A stretch of 64,000 nt of DNA from Hormiphora californensis (taxonomy: Eukaryota > Animalia > Ctenophora). Where the stretch lies: positions 3,162,001 to 3,226,000 of the forward strand of contig CM035357.1 in assembly GCA_020137815.1 (NCBI GenBank). Direction: 5' to 3'. A program made the position numbers and the translations under genes. The notes under the pieces are model-generated. The model did no database searches. It worked only from the letters and a program-made list of their open reading frames with translations, and had not been told where the DNA came from. Below are positions 51,954 through 64,000 of the stretch, piece by piece (positions within the stretch are counted from its first letter, which is position 1; the number at the start of each line of letters is the position of its first letter).

Positions 51954-54900
51954 TCAGTTTTTAGGCAGGATAAACCCGTTGTCTGTCAATACTTCCTTCA
52001 ACTTGTCAAGTTGATCCCTGACCCCCTCCAACTCCACCCTACATGTCTCACCCTCCTTTACCCTCCCTTCCAACCCTGACCACTTCTCTGCACACTCTTC
52101 CAAACTATTAAACCGTGGGGCAGTGGACAGACATCCTAACTCTTCCAATAACTTCTGCCTGCCACCATGGTCTGTCTCCCATCTCTCTCTGATACCTTGA
52201 TCAGGTAAAGAATTGTACACATCAAAAAATACACCATGACAAAATAACGGTGATGAGAGGGTGATTGTGTAGAGGCACGTCTGGGGCTCAGTAACAGAGA
52301 TTAACCGGGTTGGGGAGGCTCCACAGACATGTTGGAGGGTTACCACTCTGGAAATGGGGATGTTGTCACGTGTGCAGCTGTCCCCGTCTGTGTAGTGTCC
52401 TGTTGTCATGGAGACTAGATCTGTGGTATAGTTCCAGTGGGACCAGATACCTGAGATAGGTGTTAGTAGTGGTGACACAGGGGTGACATAGGGTGACATA
52501 AAATGATACTTGCTGTGGGTAGGTGCTATTTAGGAGAGAAACGCCAAAAGTATGAGGCATTCGACCATTCGTATGACAAAACCGAAAAGTGTGCTACAAC
52601 GAATGAACAGTACAACAAACTAAAGTTTTTCATACTAACTAAATATCAAGAACTTTATTTACTTTTTCTTCGTGGTAAGAAACTTTTTGGTTTTTTCATA
52701 CGAATGGTCGAACGCCTCTCAGTATAACTAACACAGTATAATAGCTGATTGTCCTTGCCTCGGATAGTGCTCTACTCACCAGGAGGAGCTGTTTACAAAT
52801 AAAAACAAGGAAGTTTAGTTCAACAGTTTACACATGTTTCAATACAAAATTGTATTTCATCAGAACTGAATCACACTTGTCCCGTTCCAGGTTTCTTGCT
52901 TGCTCCTTCATAAAGCCATCCAATTAGAGATTGTATTTCTTGTGATGTCTGCAACTACCCATGATCTCGCTTCTCCGGTTTAGGAGTTGGTGGTTCCTGG
53001 ACTCCATCAAAATCTCCATCTTCTCGGTAGTGCACAGGTCACAGAACCGATCCCCAATTCTGTACGGTCTTCCCTTTTTCCTCACTTTCCAAGTGATCCC
53101 GAATGTGTACAACATCTTGGAGAGAATAACATCAAAACTCAGACCGAAATTGATGTGCAACCAGTGGAGGGGAACGGATGAAGTACTGCAATGGTTTAAG
53201 GGGAAAAGATCTAATGGGTTCAAGTTCATTTCGTATGACATAGAAGCATTTTACCCTTCAATTGGGGAGGAGCTGCTGGACAGGGCTCTCCGGTTTGTTG
53301 GGCAGTTCATAGATATTAGTGAGGAGGATTGGGAGGTCATACATCACAGTCGGAAGTCAATGTTGTTTGACATGAATGGGGAAATATGGCACAGGAAAGA
53401 GTCCATTTTCGATGTCACTATGGGGGCCTACGATGGAGCTGAAACATGCGAAATTGTGGGTCTATACATGCTCAACAAGGTCTCGAGCTGTATCCCAAAA
53501 GAGAGCCATGGGTTGTACAGGGATGATGGGCTGATCATCGTGGAAGAGCCAAACGGACCCAAAATGGAGAGGATCAGGAAAGATTTGATATCAATCTTCC
53601 AGGAGGAAGGGTTGAAAATCGAGGTATCAATGCCATCGGAGTACATCAACTTTCTTGACACCACGATGAGAAATGATGGTACATTCATGCCATTTCGCAA
53701 GGATGGAAAAACCTCGAATTATGTTCATAGCTCATCCAACCATCCGCCAACTGTGCTGAAGAACATCCCTGACATGGTAATGGATCGCATAAGACGATTG
53801 TCATCCAGTCCAAGTGCTTTCCAAGCGGCACGATATCACTACCAAGGAGCTTTGGAGCAGAGTGGTTACAAGGGCTTCTCAACGGAATATAAAGACGTGG
53901 CAAGAAAAGGGAAAAAGAAAAGGAAAGGACGGCGAAGGGTAATATGGTTTAACCCACCATTTTCTGTGGATGTTGAAACGGACCTGGGACGAAAGTTTCT
54001 TGGTTTAGTGGCAAGACACTTTCCAGCAGGACACATTTACAGCCAGATCTTCAACAAAAACATTCTCAAGGTATCATACAGTTGCATGAAAAACATGGAA
54101 TCGAGGATAAAGGCCCACAACAAAAAACTCACACACGGGGGCCCGAAACCAACAGATGTGCCTGATAAATTATGCAACTGTAAGGACAAGGGAAGTTGTC
54201 CATTGGATGGAAAGTGCCTCACCGAATCATTGGTATACGAAGCTCAACTGAAGACCAGCTGCAACCAGAAATTTCTCTACATCGGGTTAACAGGGAACTC
54301 ATTTAAAACCCGATTCAGCCAGCACAAGCACACATTCAACAACTCCGAAAAAAGAGCATCTACAAGGCTGTCTGAAAAGGTGTGGGAGTTGAAGGACAGG
54401 GGGATCACATTCGGGATCACTTGGAAAGTGAGGAAAAAGGGAAGACCGTACAGAATTGGGGATCGGTTCTGTGACCTGTGCACTACCGAGAAGATGGAGA
54501 TTTTGATGGAGTCCAGGAACCACCAACTCCTAAACCGGAGAAGCGAGATCATGGGTAGTTGCAGACATCACAAGAAATACAATCTCTAATTGGATGGCTT
54601 TATGAAGGAGCAAGCAAGAAACCTGGAACGGGACAAGTGTGATTCAGTTCTGATGAAATACAATTTTGTATTGAAACATGTGTAAACTGTTGAACTAAAC
54701 TTCCTTGTTTTTATTTGTAACACAGTATAATAACTCACCCAGTATTCCATTGTATGAATTCCACTTCAGGGCAACTTCATGTTGTGTAACATTGTGAAAC
54801 GGACACACCCTGTACCTGTAATCACCAACCTGAAGGGAGAGTGGAGATTGGGGTGATTGAGGGAGAGATAGTATACCTATAGATGTGAGTGCAGGTAATA

Positions 54901-55192
54901 CGGGTAATGAAAATACATAGATGTGTTTAGGTTTTGAATGGAACATCAATTAGAAGAACAGATCTGGTTAATACGTATTTAATCACCTCTAATTGGTAGC
55001 ATTTCCCAACTATTTGTCCCAATAAGGGGTGTCCACATAGCGGTCCTGGATCTCGGGAGGCCTTCAAACGGGATGCAGTATTCAACCTGAACCCTTGACC
55101 TGCAGGATTGGATTGGATTGGTAGAGTAAAATTTAATAGAAAGTGGGAGAGAGAGAGAGAAATGGAGATGGAGAGAGAAAGAGAGAGAAAGT

Positions 55193-55255
<63 letters not shown>

Positions 55256-55444
55256 AGTGAGAGAGAAAGATAGAGGGGAGGGAACGTGAAAAAGAAAGAT
55301 ACTTATCAGAGGGAAGGAGATAGCGAGAAATAAAATAAAATAAAATATGATTTCTTTACCATGGCCAACCTGAGAGTGACTTTCAACAACTTTTATCTCC
55401 GTCCCAGTTACAATGGAACAGCAGAAAACCAAAAGTAGAATCAT
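51954..55444 (-). CDS. GNPTG: N-acetylglucosamine-1-phosphotransferase subunit gamma (MRH domain)
   Basis: Exons 55444-55360, 55099-54987, 54829-54739 and 52450-51954. Signal peptide; [11 protein letters not shown]; [24 protein letters not shown]; GDSC; EPQTCLY; PLFCH. Confidence 0.9.
52554..52718. mobile_element. Small MITE with ~35-bp TIRs
   Basis: gaggcattcgaccattcgtatga...tcatacgaatggtcgaacgcctc. Confidence 0.6.
52824..52868 (-). ncRNA. Second copy of the hammerhead ribozyme (inverted pseudo-LTR)
   Basis: Reverse complement of 54645-54689. Confidence 0.8.
53108..54589 (+). CDS. Penelope-like RT + GIY-YIG endonuclease (N-terminally truncated)
   Basis: [50 protein letters not shown]...YIGLT..FKTR. 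The first ~49 aa of the listed 52961 ORF are read-through of the inverted segment. Confidence 0.9.
   Translation, partial: YNILERITSKLRPKLMCNQWRGTDEVLQWFKGKRSNGFKFISYDIEAFYPSIGEELLDRALRFVGQFIDISEEDWEVIHHSRKSMLFDMNGEIWHRKESIFDVTMGAYDGAETCEIVGLYMLNKVSSCIPKESHGLYRDDGLIIVEEPNGPKMERIRKDLISIFQEEGLKIEVSMPSEYINFLDTTMRNDGTFMPFRKDGKTSNYVHSSSNHPPTVLKNIPDMVMDRIRRLSSSPSAFQAARYHYQGALEQSGYKGFSTEYKDVARKGKKKRKGRRRVIWFNPPFSVDVETDLGRKFLGLVARHFPAGHIYSQIFNKNILKVSYSCMKNMESRIKAHNKKLTHGGPKPTDVPDKLCNCKDKGSCPLDGKCLTESLVYEAQLKTSCNQKFLYIGLTGNSFKTRFSQHKHTFNNSEKRASTRLSEKVWELKDRGITFGITWKVRKKGRPYRIGDRFCDLCTTEKMEILMESRNHQLLNRRSEIMGSCRHHKKYNL
54645..54689 (+). ncRNA. Minimal type I hammerhead ribozyme
   Basis: Stem I cagtt/aactg, core CUGAUGA, stem II aataca/tgtatt, GAAA, palindromic mini stem III (acaugu), cleavage triplet GUA ending at 54684. 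Confidence 0.8.
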
Positions 55445-55695
55445 ATAAAGCTGTACATGGTAAAGTGAGGAATAAAAGTGGCATTTTAATGAACAAAAGT
55501 AAGACACAATTTTTACAAAACAATATAACCACTCAAAGAGGTCTCAAATAAATAAGAGGTCACGTTTCAAGACCTTCTGGGTCACGCCGAGGGTCCATTG
55601 GTATCTGCAAAGGGCCAAATCAAGTTTCGGGGGTCACAGGGCACACCTTAATCAAACAATAATCTTCTAACTAAAACAAATTAAACACACACTTC

Positions 55696-56849
55696 TCACT
55701 TCACCAGCTTGACCTTCTTCTTCCCCAGCTCATGAAACATCCATGTAGCCAGGGTTAGTAACACCAAACTACCCTGTTGATGGGTAGCCGCCAGCCAGGT
55801 AGGAACATGCAGCAACAAGGTGCTGACACCCAACCCGACCTGGACCCATCCCATGGCCATGAGGGCATTACAGGCGAACCGGGCACGCCCTGGCATGACC
55901 AGGGGCTGGGAGGCAAGCCAGATACCACAGATACCGAGGAGGAGGGTATGTCCAAAGAGTCGGTGGTCAAACTGAACCGTTGTGGTATTTTCGAAGAAGT
56001 TGCTCCAGGTGGGGGAGAAGGAGAGGAGGTCGGAGGGGATCCACCGATCAGCAAACTTGGGGTAGGAATTGTAGACCAGACCGGCATCTAACCCAGCCAC
56101 AAATGCCCCTGACAAGGCAGTTAGGAAGGCTAGTCCAGCAACACCACCACTCCAACCCCTCAGTCGAGAGAGAGCAGGAGAGGCGCCTCCTTGTGCCGGT
56201 AGGAGAATATCTAAACTTGTTTTGAACATGGAGAGATAAAGGATGAACGCCGAGCCCTAGATGAGATGCTAGCCTGTATTGGGATACCCGCGGAATATCC
56301 GTGGATTCGGGTTTGTCCTCCAACCCACTTTTAACCATGTACCACCCCAGGAGCCCCTGGCATACCACAAGGGCTGAGAACCCAACCAGTCGTTTTTTGA
56401 GCGCTGTGGTAACCCAAGGTCGAGTGAGGAGTGCAGTGGTAGGGAGGACAAGACACAAACCAATGACCCGACCCAGATGTCGATGTCCCCATTCCATGTA
56501 CCAGATAAACTTGAACTGTTCAAGCGTCATCCCCGAGTGAGATACCTGGTATAATCCATTGAGGGCTTGCTTTATATTTATCAAACTCTATCTCCCACTC
56601 TGCCTGTGTCCCGGGTGCTCTCCGTCCTGCAAACTTCCAGTCTGTCATTGATAGCCCAGATTCCGTTAGTCGTGTTATTCCACCCACGCTGACAGTCGTT
56701 GCTACGAGACCGCAACACCCTAGCAACCAGTAACCAACGAGGCGACGACGTCGCTCTGGTTCTTTAGGGATTAAAGAGAGGGTCCGTTTGAAGGTTGTTT
56801 GAAGGGTTGGTAGCCTAGTTGGTAATCGGGAGCAGAGACATCGTAACAT
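55696..56849 (-). CDS. COX15: Heme A synthase COX15, intronless, split by two apparent indels
   Basis: GGITRLTESGLSMTDW, EWGHRHLGR, QGLLGWYMVKSGL, RVSQYRLASHL, SGAFVAGLDAGLVYNSYP, QFDHR and AATHQ. Frame changes at ~56560 and ~56240. Confidence 0.9.
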
Positions 56850-57117
56850 GGTGGAGGCAGCGGCTAGAAGGGGGGAATAGGGAGTTTTGAGCTATCAGCT
56901 ATGGGTAGTTTTGAGCTAGCAGCTAGAGGGGGGAATGGGGAGTTTTGAGCTGGCAGCTAGAGGGGGAATGGGGAGTTTTGATATAAAACACATGGGAAAT
57001 GTCATCAAATGAACACAAAACTGTAAAACATGTAAAATGTCCACATAAATCTTTCTACAAAACAAAATTATCACTGCGCTGGCGAGCGCTAAACAAATAC
57101 CCCCTTTAAATGTTATG

Positions 57118-58793
57118 TTACTGGTAGAGCATGCACACGGATACAAATGCCACTACAACATTGACCCCAACTAGCAATGTCGATAGTACTATCACAGCCA
57201 TCATTATGTGCTCCTTTGCTTGTCCGTAGTAACCATGGTAACCACCCAAAACAAGATCCAAAAAGGCCTCCAACATGTGCTGACCATCGAGAAACAAACC
57301 GGGCACAGCATTGAATATCGCCAGAGCACCAGACAGGGAGACAATGTACATTAGGAACATTTCGATGGTGTTGGGGAGGTCCCGCCACAGAAGGAGCGAA
57401 GAGTAGTCTGATGTTGAGAGGGTATGGAACAGGTGGGCTGGATCCCCAATAAACAGGGCTGGCTTCGTGCCAAGTTGAGATGACGATGTTGAAGGAGCAA
57501 CTTGGTAGATTTGGATTAGATGGCCCTCCCGGGAGTGGGGCGTGTAACATTTTCCCTCTCCCAGACAGTCGCTGTCCCGTGCACACCCCTGTTTGGAGAG
57601 GAGTGGCCGGACGTGAAGGCACACATCAGGATTAGCTTTTGTGATGACGTCATCATGTGACTTTATGACGTCATCACCGTGGGAGGACGTGAAACAAATT
57701 CCCCGTGCTGACAACACACCCTCCTTACAACACAATTGTTCTGTTATGGAATGTGTCGCTAAGTCCTCCTCCCCCAAACACCTCCCCCTGTTTCCCTCAC
57801 TATAAACACCCCACAAACAACTACTCCACTCCTCTCTACTTCCAACCTCACACCTGTTAACCCTTGTTATCACCGACCCAGGATGGACCTGCCCGGATAG
57901 CGCTGAGCCACCCTGTACTGAGGTAACCACAGCACCGTGCTCTCTGTGAAACCCAGCTACAGGGAGAAGTAGGGGCAGGACAGTCCACAAAGAGTAGGCT
58001 GCCACCATCATCACACAATTGTGCCATACCCCTGCACTTGTAATCCTGAGTCTCTGAAAGGGGTCACATCTCCTCAGCGCGGAGGTATTCAGTTCGACAA
58101 ATGCCGCTGGGTAGATTAGGAAGAGGAATAACCCCGCCCCGACAAGAGAGACCCCCTCCCTCGCTGCCGCTAGGGCATGGCCCGCTTCGTGGAAGATACC
58201 AGCTATCAGGAGGGTCCCGAGGTAGGGCAGGATCTGGGAACTGGGCAGGTTAACTCCCGGAACCACAGGTGTCAGTACTGCAGTGGAAGATGTGTTCTCT
58301 ACAGCGGGGGAGAGGGATATTATCAGCGTGTAGACGAGGATTACAAGTGATGAGAACATGGCAAGAACACCAAAATAGGCTCCTAAAGTGAACCAGAGTG
58401 TCATTTTGGATGCCGCCCCACTGCGTGTTAGCGCCACCTGGTAGGGGAAAAGAGGTTATTATACTGATAACAATCAGATTATATTATAAGTATCATCACA
58501 CTGTGGTAATAAACAAAAAGAAAAGCAAGTTTTAAAAAAGGTGGAACAATCGGTTAATTAATTGATCATCAGCTCGTGATTTCACAAATTAAATGTACAA
58601 TAATTAATTATACCTGGTAGTGGTTGAACCTGTTTGTGTGCCATTGGACCTGGATGAACTTAACAAAGAACCCGTTCCGGGAGAGAAAGAAGTTGTAACG
58701 TTCTCCCAGGTACTTGGTGAGCAGGACGTGGAGAATGTTTAGGAGGAACCAAAAGGAGGACACTTTGAAACATAGCGTGAGAATTTGGGACAT
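57118..58793 (-). CDS. MBTPS2: Site-2 protease (M50 intramembrane metalloprotease with PDZ insert)
   Basis: Exons 58793-58614 and 58437-57118; VPGVNLP, HEAGH, PAAFV, SAGVWHN and NAVPGLFLDG. Confidence 0.93.
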
Positions 58794-59506
58794 GTCCTGA
58801 AACATATGCATTTAGGGGGTAAATTAAAGGGGATGTGTGGTTAGAATTTTTAAGGGAATGTGTGGGAGGTGGTCCCACCAGAAATTTAGAGAATGGATTA
58901 TTGATTATATGGCGTTAGAATGAGAGAAACATTGTATATATATTAGCAGTAAATAATCTTTAACAGCATCGCATACAAATACATGCAAACACCTGAATAT
59001 TAATAATAAGACATAATTGAATAAAACCGTCGTACTTATGTCACACTTAGTTAATACAGGCGGACCCCGATTTAATGGCACCCTCGGGGGAAAGGGATTT
59101 TCCCCCGTTAAATATGGGTGTCCGCTAAATCGGGGTCCGACTGTATGTAATATATCAAAACCACTGAATATAATACAATATTTGAATAATAAACTTGAAT
59201 AATATGCTATTTTATCTAGATCTTATTAAAAACCACTTAAACATGATTTAGCTCTTTTCAAATGTAATATAATCCAACTCAGATCAATACGGCTAACTAA
59301 CAGAACTGAATTGGTTGATTTTGCTGACAGGAGATTTATGAAAATTTTACAGTACCTACTTCTTACTTCTGGTTACCTAGTACCTAGATAACGAGCCTGG
59401 AGAGAGAACTGAGTATCTCAGGCTCCTATGAAGTCTTTACAAACAGTCCAAACCTAATAATCATCCAGTTTCCAATGATATAAAGAGAGCAGGTAGACCC
59501 CAACTA

Positions 59507-61416
59507 TCATAGTTCCCCTAGGATAAGCCTGAATGGTCTTCTAGCAGCCACTCTAATCCTCCTCCTTCCTATCTTTCTCCTACTCCTCATCCCCTCCTTC
59601 CCGCACATCCACACATCCACATGTTCCCCCTTGTTTGTATGGACCAGGGCCTCGTGACGCCGCATGTGGCTCTTAGTTTTAAAGCTCTTCCCGCACTGAC
59701 GACACAGGAAGATGGAGCTGGAAGGGGATGATCCCACACTGCTATCCCAGGAGAGTGAATCCAGTTCAGGGGCATCCCAGAATCCACCGTATTTCCTCCA
59801 ATCCAACGAGCATGTCCAGCAGATGACCCGGGAGGCGTGTTCCGGTCCCCAGAGATACCAGGAACACTCCTTAAAGCTTCGTTTGCAACCAGGACACTTT
59901 CCAGCACGGAGGGGACCCTCCTCCTTCGGAAATGTCCACTCCTTGAGACACAAATTTAATTCTTTGAGTTCCCCACTTGTGTCCTGGTATTGAGCCTTCC
60001 ATACTTTGTAACTGTCCGTCCCTTTCCAGTGGTAATAAAACCTGATGATGCTCTCGGAACTTTTCCAAGGCAAGAATTCCTGTCTGATCACATTAAACTG
60101 TTTCCCAAGTTTGAGAAGGGCTCGTTCGAATATCACCCTCTCATCAACGCTCCAAGAATCTAATATCCCGCGGTGTTCGACTAACCGTGCCGGGACCTCA
60201 CTTATGCCATATCCAGTGGCATGGAGCGCGTCCATGGCCCCAAACAGGAGATCATCCGGTTGTGGGTTCAGAGCGGCTGTGTTGGGGGTGTAGCACATTA
60301 TATTCCGCAGCTCCTGGAGGGATTTAGATAGGAAACAGAGTTGTTCATACTTCATATCATCACACCTGGAAGGATCCCAAATTAACGTATCTTGGTCTGG
60401 TTCTGCGAGGTTGATCGCAAAGTCTGGCATCTCCGCTTGGTACCGCCTACCCAACATAATGGAACCTTTGTCTTCATGTATCTCATGAGTTGCGGCATCG
60501 TATCCGAGTATGAAAAAGAAGTTGTCATCCTTGGATAGGACTTCCATGGGTGAATCAACGACCGTTAGTAGGAACACGAAACACTTCCCCCGGATCATGT
60601 TAGGGGTTATCAGGACCGTCTCTTTGGTGTTGAACAGAAAGCGTTGTTGTAGTTTGTGGTGAAGTTTAACATAGTTTGATTTGTAGTCGGGCGATTCTGC
60701 TAGGTTCCAGTCAAACGGTTCCTGAAATAATGGGGTGTTTAGCAATTGGGGAAAACTTCAAAATACTTTGTCTGTTCGGAGCAGTAAACTACAAATTTGA
60801 ATTTGATCCTGCTCTTCTCTTCATTAACTCAAAGTTAAGGATCACTCAATTTAGTAAATCGGGGTCCGACTGTACATACAAATCTGAATTTGATCTTCAT
60901 AAACTCAAATAAGGAGCACATTATTTTAGTCTGAACACGAACCTGGTGTAAGAAACTGTCCGTATACTTGTCTGAAATGGTAACCAGATGTTCAGGAATG
61001 TGCCGTCTCCTGTAGAATAACTTGACCTTCACCTTTATATCAGAACTGGATACCTTCTGGATCTCCTCTACCTGCATTAAAATACACCCTGTTTTAGGTT
61101 AAAACTAAAGGACTTTACTTATATCGTCTTGACTTTTAGTAAAGCTAGTAGTTCGTCTCGGCAATAATTTTAGATTACAGTAAAACAAGAAGTTTAACAT
61201 TTGTAACATGTATTACTATTAAGGTATACAGCTCTGACGCTGAGCAGTGACAGTCAAAATTCAATTTGCTGGCCCTGCTTTGCCTGGGCGGTAATTAATA
61301 TTATTAATTAATATTATTAATTGAGGTGTACCCACCTTGCACACCCAGTATGGTTCCCTTTCACCCTGGAGCTCCGCGTAGAGGTAATCACCAATTTTAA
61401 ATGATTGCGCTCCCAT
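59507..61416 (-). CDS. MTA: Metastasis-associated protein (NuRD subunit; BAH-ELM2-SANT-GATA-like zinc finger)
   Basis: Exons 61416-61336, 61071-60943 and 60721-59507; FKIGDY, FYRRR, IRGKC, DKGSI..GRRYQA, WS..E...F..LGKQF..LPWKS..FYYHWK, AARRPF. Confidence 0.88.
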
Positions 61417-61997
61417 GGCAACATGCTTCTCGGCGTCACACCATACCCGCTGTTATCATGAGAGAGAGGTGGTTAACGGTAGGGAGAGAAGGAGGTAACT
61501 ATGGGAACCGGAATTTATGGAATCTGGTTCCGGAGTTCAGGAAAGAAAATAAACGAGGTTGTTTTTCTATGAAAAGTCTCCAAAATTAAACCGGGTATTT
61601 TCTAGTGTAGAAAGTAATCAATTCTTTTTCCGACTATCGCTCCCACTCTCTCTCCCTCACTCTATTTGATGTACAAAACTATTAATTAACCATACTCTAC
61701 CGAAAATTCACACACAGTACACACAAACACACACAGATAAAGCTGGTCAACACACTTTGAAAAAATTAGTTATACTATATCTAGATGTTCTCTCCATCAC
61801 ATATAATAATGTCAACAAATATATAAAGCAGGGGGTGGTATACAGATGTTTGTCTTCTTGGGACTGTCATCTATATCTCTCTGTTTTGTCAGAATCAGAT
61901 CAGTGATCAGATTATATCTCTGCAATTATATTTTTCTCCCAAGATATCACAGAAAAAATATACCTCCACTGACCAATAAAAATATACGTTCTGTCCT

Positions 61998-63461
61998 TTA
62001 AATATAACCACCCATTTTGAGCATACTGTTCGCGTATGCCATCGGCTTCACATCAGGATGAGGGACAGCTGCAAACGTCGTGAACTTGGGCACCAGATCC
62101 GTCGTCAGGGTGATGAAGGCTCCTTTGTTACCCATTTGATCACAGTAGTTCGGTGCGGAGAAGACCGTGATACACTTACCATCGTGACTCACCTCATACC
62201 CCTCATCTTTCACCTCGTGCGATCTGATCACATACCTCAGCTTGTTCCGTTCCAGGAAGTTAGATGTGATATCAGGTCCAAACTGGACCCCCACACCCCG
62301 TTTAGAGGCACTCCGACCCTTGAAGGCCTGAGGATCTGACCAGAGAAGATCACACATGGCACCACTATCAGGTGGTTGCCGGTTCCTATCAATCCCCTCG
62401 ATATCCTCCAACATGATCCCATCTTCCTGGAACAGTCCTCCATGTGTCACAAACACCTCACTGTTAATCACGTGACACAGCGGCAACCAGTTGAAAATCT
62501 CCGTGAAGAATTCACTCATGTCCTTACTGTATTTCTCTTTCACCTCACCATCGAACCCGTAAATGTTGTTCATGTTGATGCTCTCGTGATTACCCCGGGC
62601 CATGAACATACTATCCGGGTAAAGGAGCTTAAACCCAAACAGTGTGAATATCACCTCAACAGAGAAGGAGCCCCTGTCCACGAAAGTCGCCGTTGAAGAG
62701 ATATGGGATTGTCCGGGGAGGGTGGTCCGTTAATCTCGAAGATGTTTAGGAGATCATAATACTGACCGTGGATGTCTCCACATACTGTGAATTTGTTGCT
62801 TGCTGGGATAGTTATCCGAACCAGGGAGCACTGTGTCTCAAAGTATTTCTTGATGTTGATAAGCATTCCGTAGGCATATTTCCGGTGAAGAACCTTTTGG
62901 TCTTTGTACCATCCCATCAACTCTTCCATGAACTGTGACGTGATTGTGAAGTTCTCGTCATCTAACCGTGGTCCCTTGTACGAATCTTCCACTACCATAT
63001 TCTCCAAATCCAAGCTCGTCCGCCACACTCTTCTTCAGACTGTCAACATTAATCGCCTTCTCAAACGCGATCCTTTTCACAATCTTGTCAGCACTCCTTG
63101 TACTTGAATCTGAGCGTCTTTGTCTTTGGGCATGGCCCGCCGGACGGTAGTCATAATCAGCCAGAGACTTCTTGTAGCGACCAAGAGCCATGTTAGCCTC
63201 GGCTCGGCGGTAGTACGCCTTCAGGTAGGTTCCGGTCCAGTTCGAGAGGCTTTGTCAGCGTCTGTAATGGCATAACCGAAAGCACTCTGTTCTGAGGTAT
63301 GCAAAGGATCGGTTTCCATAGAAGGCAGGGCACAACACCGTTCTTTTCTAATTGCTTTGGAGTACCATTCAATGGCGGATTGGTATTTCTTCTCCTTGAA
63401 AAACTGGTTCGCTGTAGCTTTGAACTGATCTGCCTCTTCTTCAGATGTTAGAGGACACCAT
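61998..63461 (-). CDS. PPP5C: Serine/threonine protein phosphatase 5 (TPR + PPP catalytic domain), intronless, several apparent indels
   Basis: [37 protein letters not shown]; catalytic GDIHGQ, DRG, RGNHE, DLLWSDP, RSHE, FSAPNYC, PMAYAN. Several frame changes in 62690-63450. Confidence 0.9.
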
Positions 63462-63489
63462 GCCTGCTAATGATGGATGTTGAACAGTT

Positions 63490-63670
63490 AGAATATAATG
63501 CTGAGAAAGGGGATGTTATATTTGTAGCGGGGGATGTTTAGAATTATCTGTAAGGATTAGGGGGATGTTTATAATTATCTGTAGGGATTAGGGGGGATGT
63601 TTAGAATTATCTGTAAGGATTAGGGGGATGTTTAGAATTATCTATTGGGATTAGGGGGTGATGTTAGAAT
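63490..63670. repeat. ~31-bp minisatellite upstream of PPP5C
   Basis: About 5 copies of gggatgtttagaattatctgtaaggattagg. Confidence 0.8.
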
Positions 63671-64000
63671 GATCTGAGCTGTACAGACTCGACTACAGGG
63701 GGTGATCTGTTTTTTCAAACCCCCTTTTCTTTCATTTAAAAAGAAAAGTGGGTTTGAAAAAAACAAATCCATATATGGATAAATAAAATGGGTCATTGAG
63801 AATGGGATCACAGGGTTGGGCTTCAATAGGAGAGCTATCACATATAGGTTACATTGATACAAGAAGGAGAAAATGATATATGGACTGGGATAAAAACACT
63901 GAAAATCATTCGAAAAATTCGAAAAAATATCACATTTCAAACTTGAAAAACACACATGTAAAAGATAAGTCATTTCAATAATCCTTTTTTCACACCCCTC

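Larger units (their letters stand above)
52744..54718 (+). mobile_element. 5'-truncated Penelope-like retroelement with inverted pseudo-LTR, in GNPTG intron 3
   Basis: 52793-53107 is the reverse complement of 54406-54720. 14-bp flanking direct repeat aacacagtataata (52730-52743 / 54719-54732). Confidence 0.92.

Noticed and set aside
52924-53241. 105-aa minus-strand ORF and the N-terminus of the 542-aa ORF
   Set aside because: Chimeras produced by the inverted Penelope segment.
59640-59710. C2H2 finger in MTA as a novel domain fusion
   Set aside because: To my recollection invertebrate MTA proteins carry a similar finger at this position.
55696-63461. Frameshifts in COX15 and PPP5C as pseudogenisation or recoding
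   Set aside because: The protein sequence stays highly conserved on both sides of each shift and no slippery or stimulator signals were seen. Consensus indel errors are more likely; needs a read check.

Overview
Eukaryotic (animal) genomic DNA: GT-AG introns, many microsatellites and MITEs. The repeat content and gene layout suggest a ctenophore such as Pleurobrachia (inference, not verified). About 39 kb (8240-47001, +) is one 19-exon gene for a class A GPCR with ~7 LDL-receptor class A repeats joined directly to a GRL101/LGR-like 7TM domain, with no LRRs. Its introns hold a nested intronless GPCR, a decayed TOP2 fragment, a nested antisense CLPB/SKD3 gene, two large foldback elements, an intact RTE-type LINE and a two-ORF CR1/L2-type LINE carrying nested MITEs. 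The right end is a tight minus-strand cluster: PPP5C, MTA, MBTPS2, COX15, GNPTG and an orphan gene. Each has a splice-acceptor-like AG just upstream of its ATG. A Penelope-like element with a minimal hammerhead ribozyme sits in a GNPTG intron. Top findings: (1) an HIV-like -1 frameshift cassette (U UUU UUA plus stem-loop) linking ORF1 to an AUG-less ORF2 in the non-LTR LINE; (2) a hammerhead copy in the sense orientation of the host pre-mRNA; (3) a possible trans-spliced operon; (4) de novo fold-back palindromes; (5) tandem duplication of splice sites. All exon models and structures were read by eye and no searches were run.
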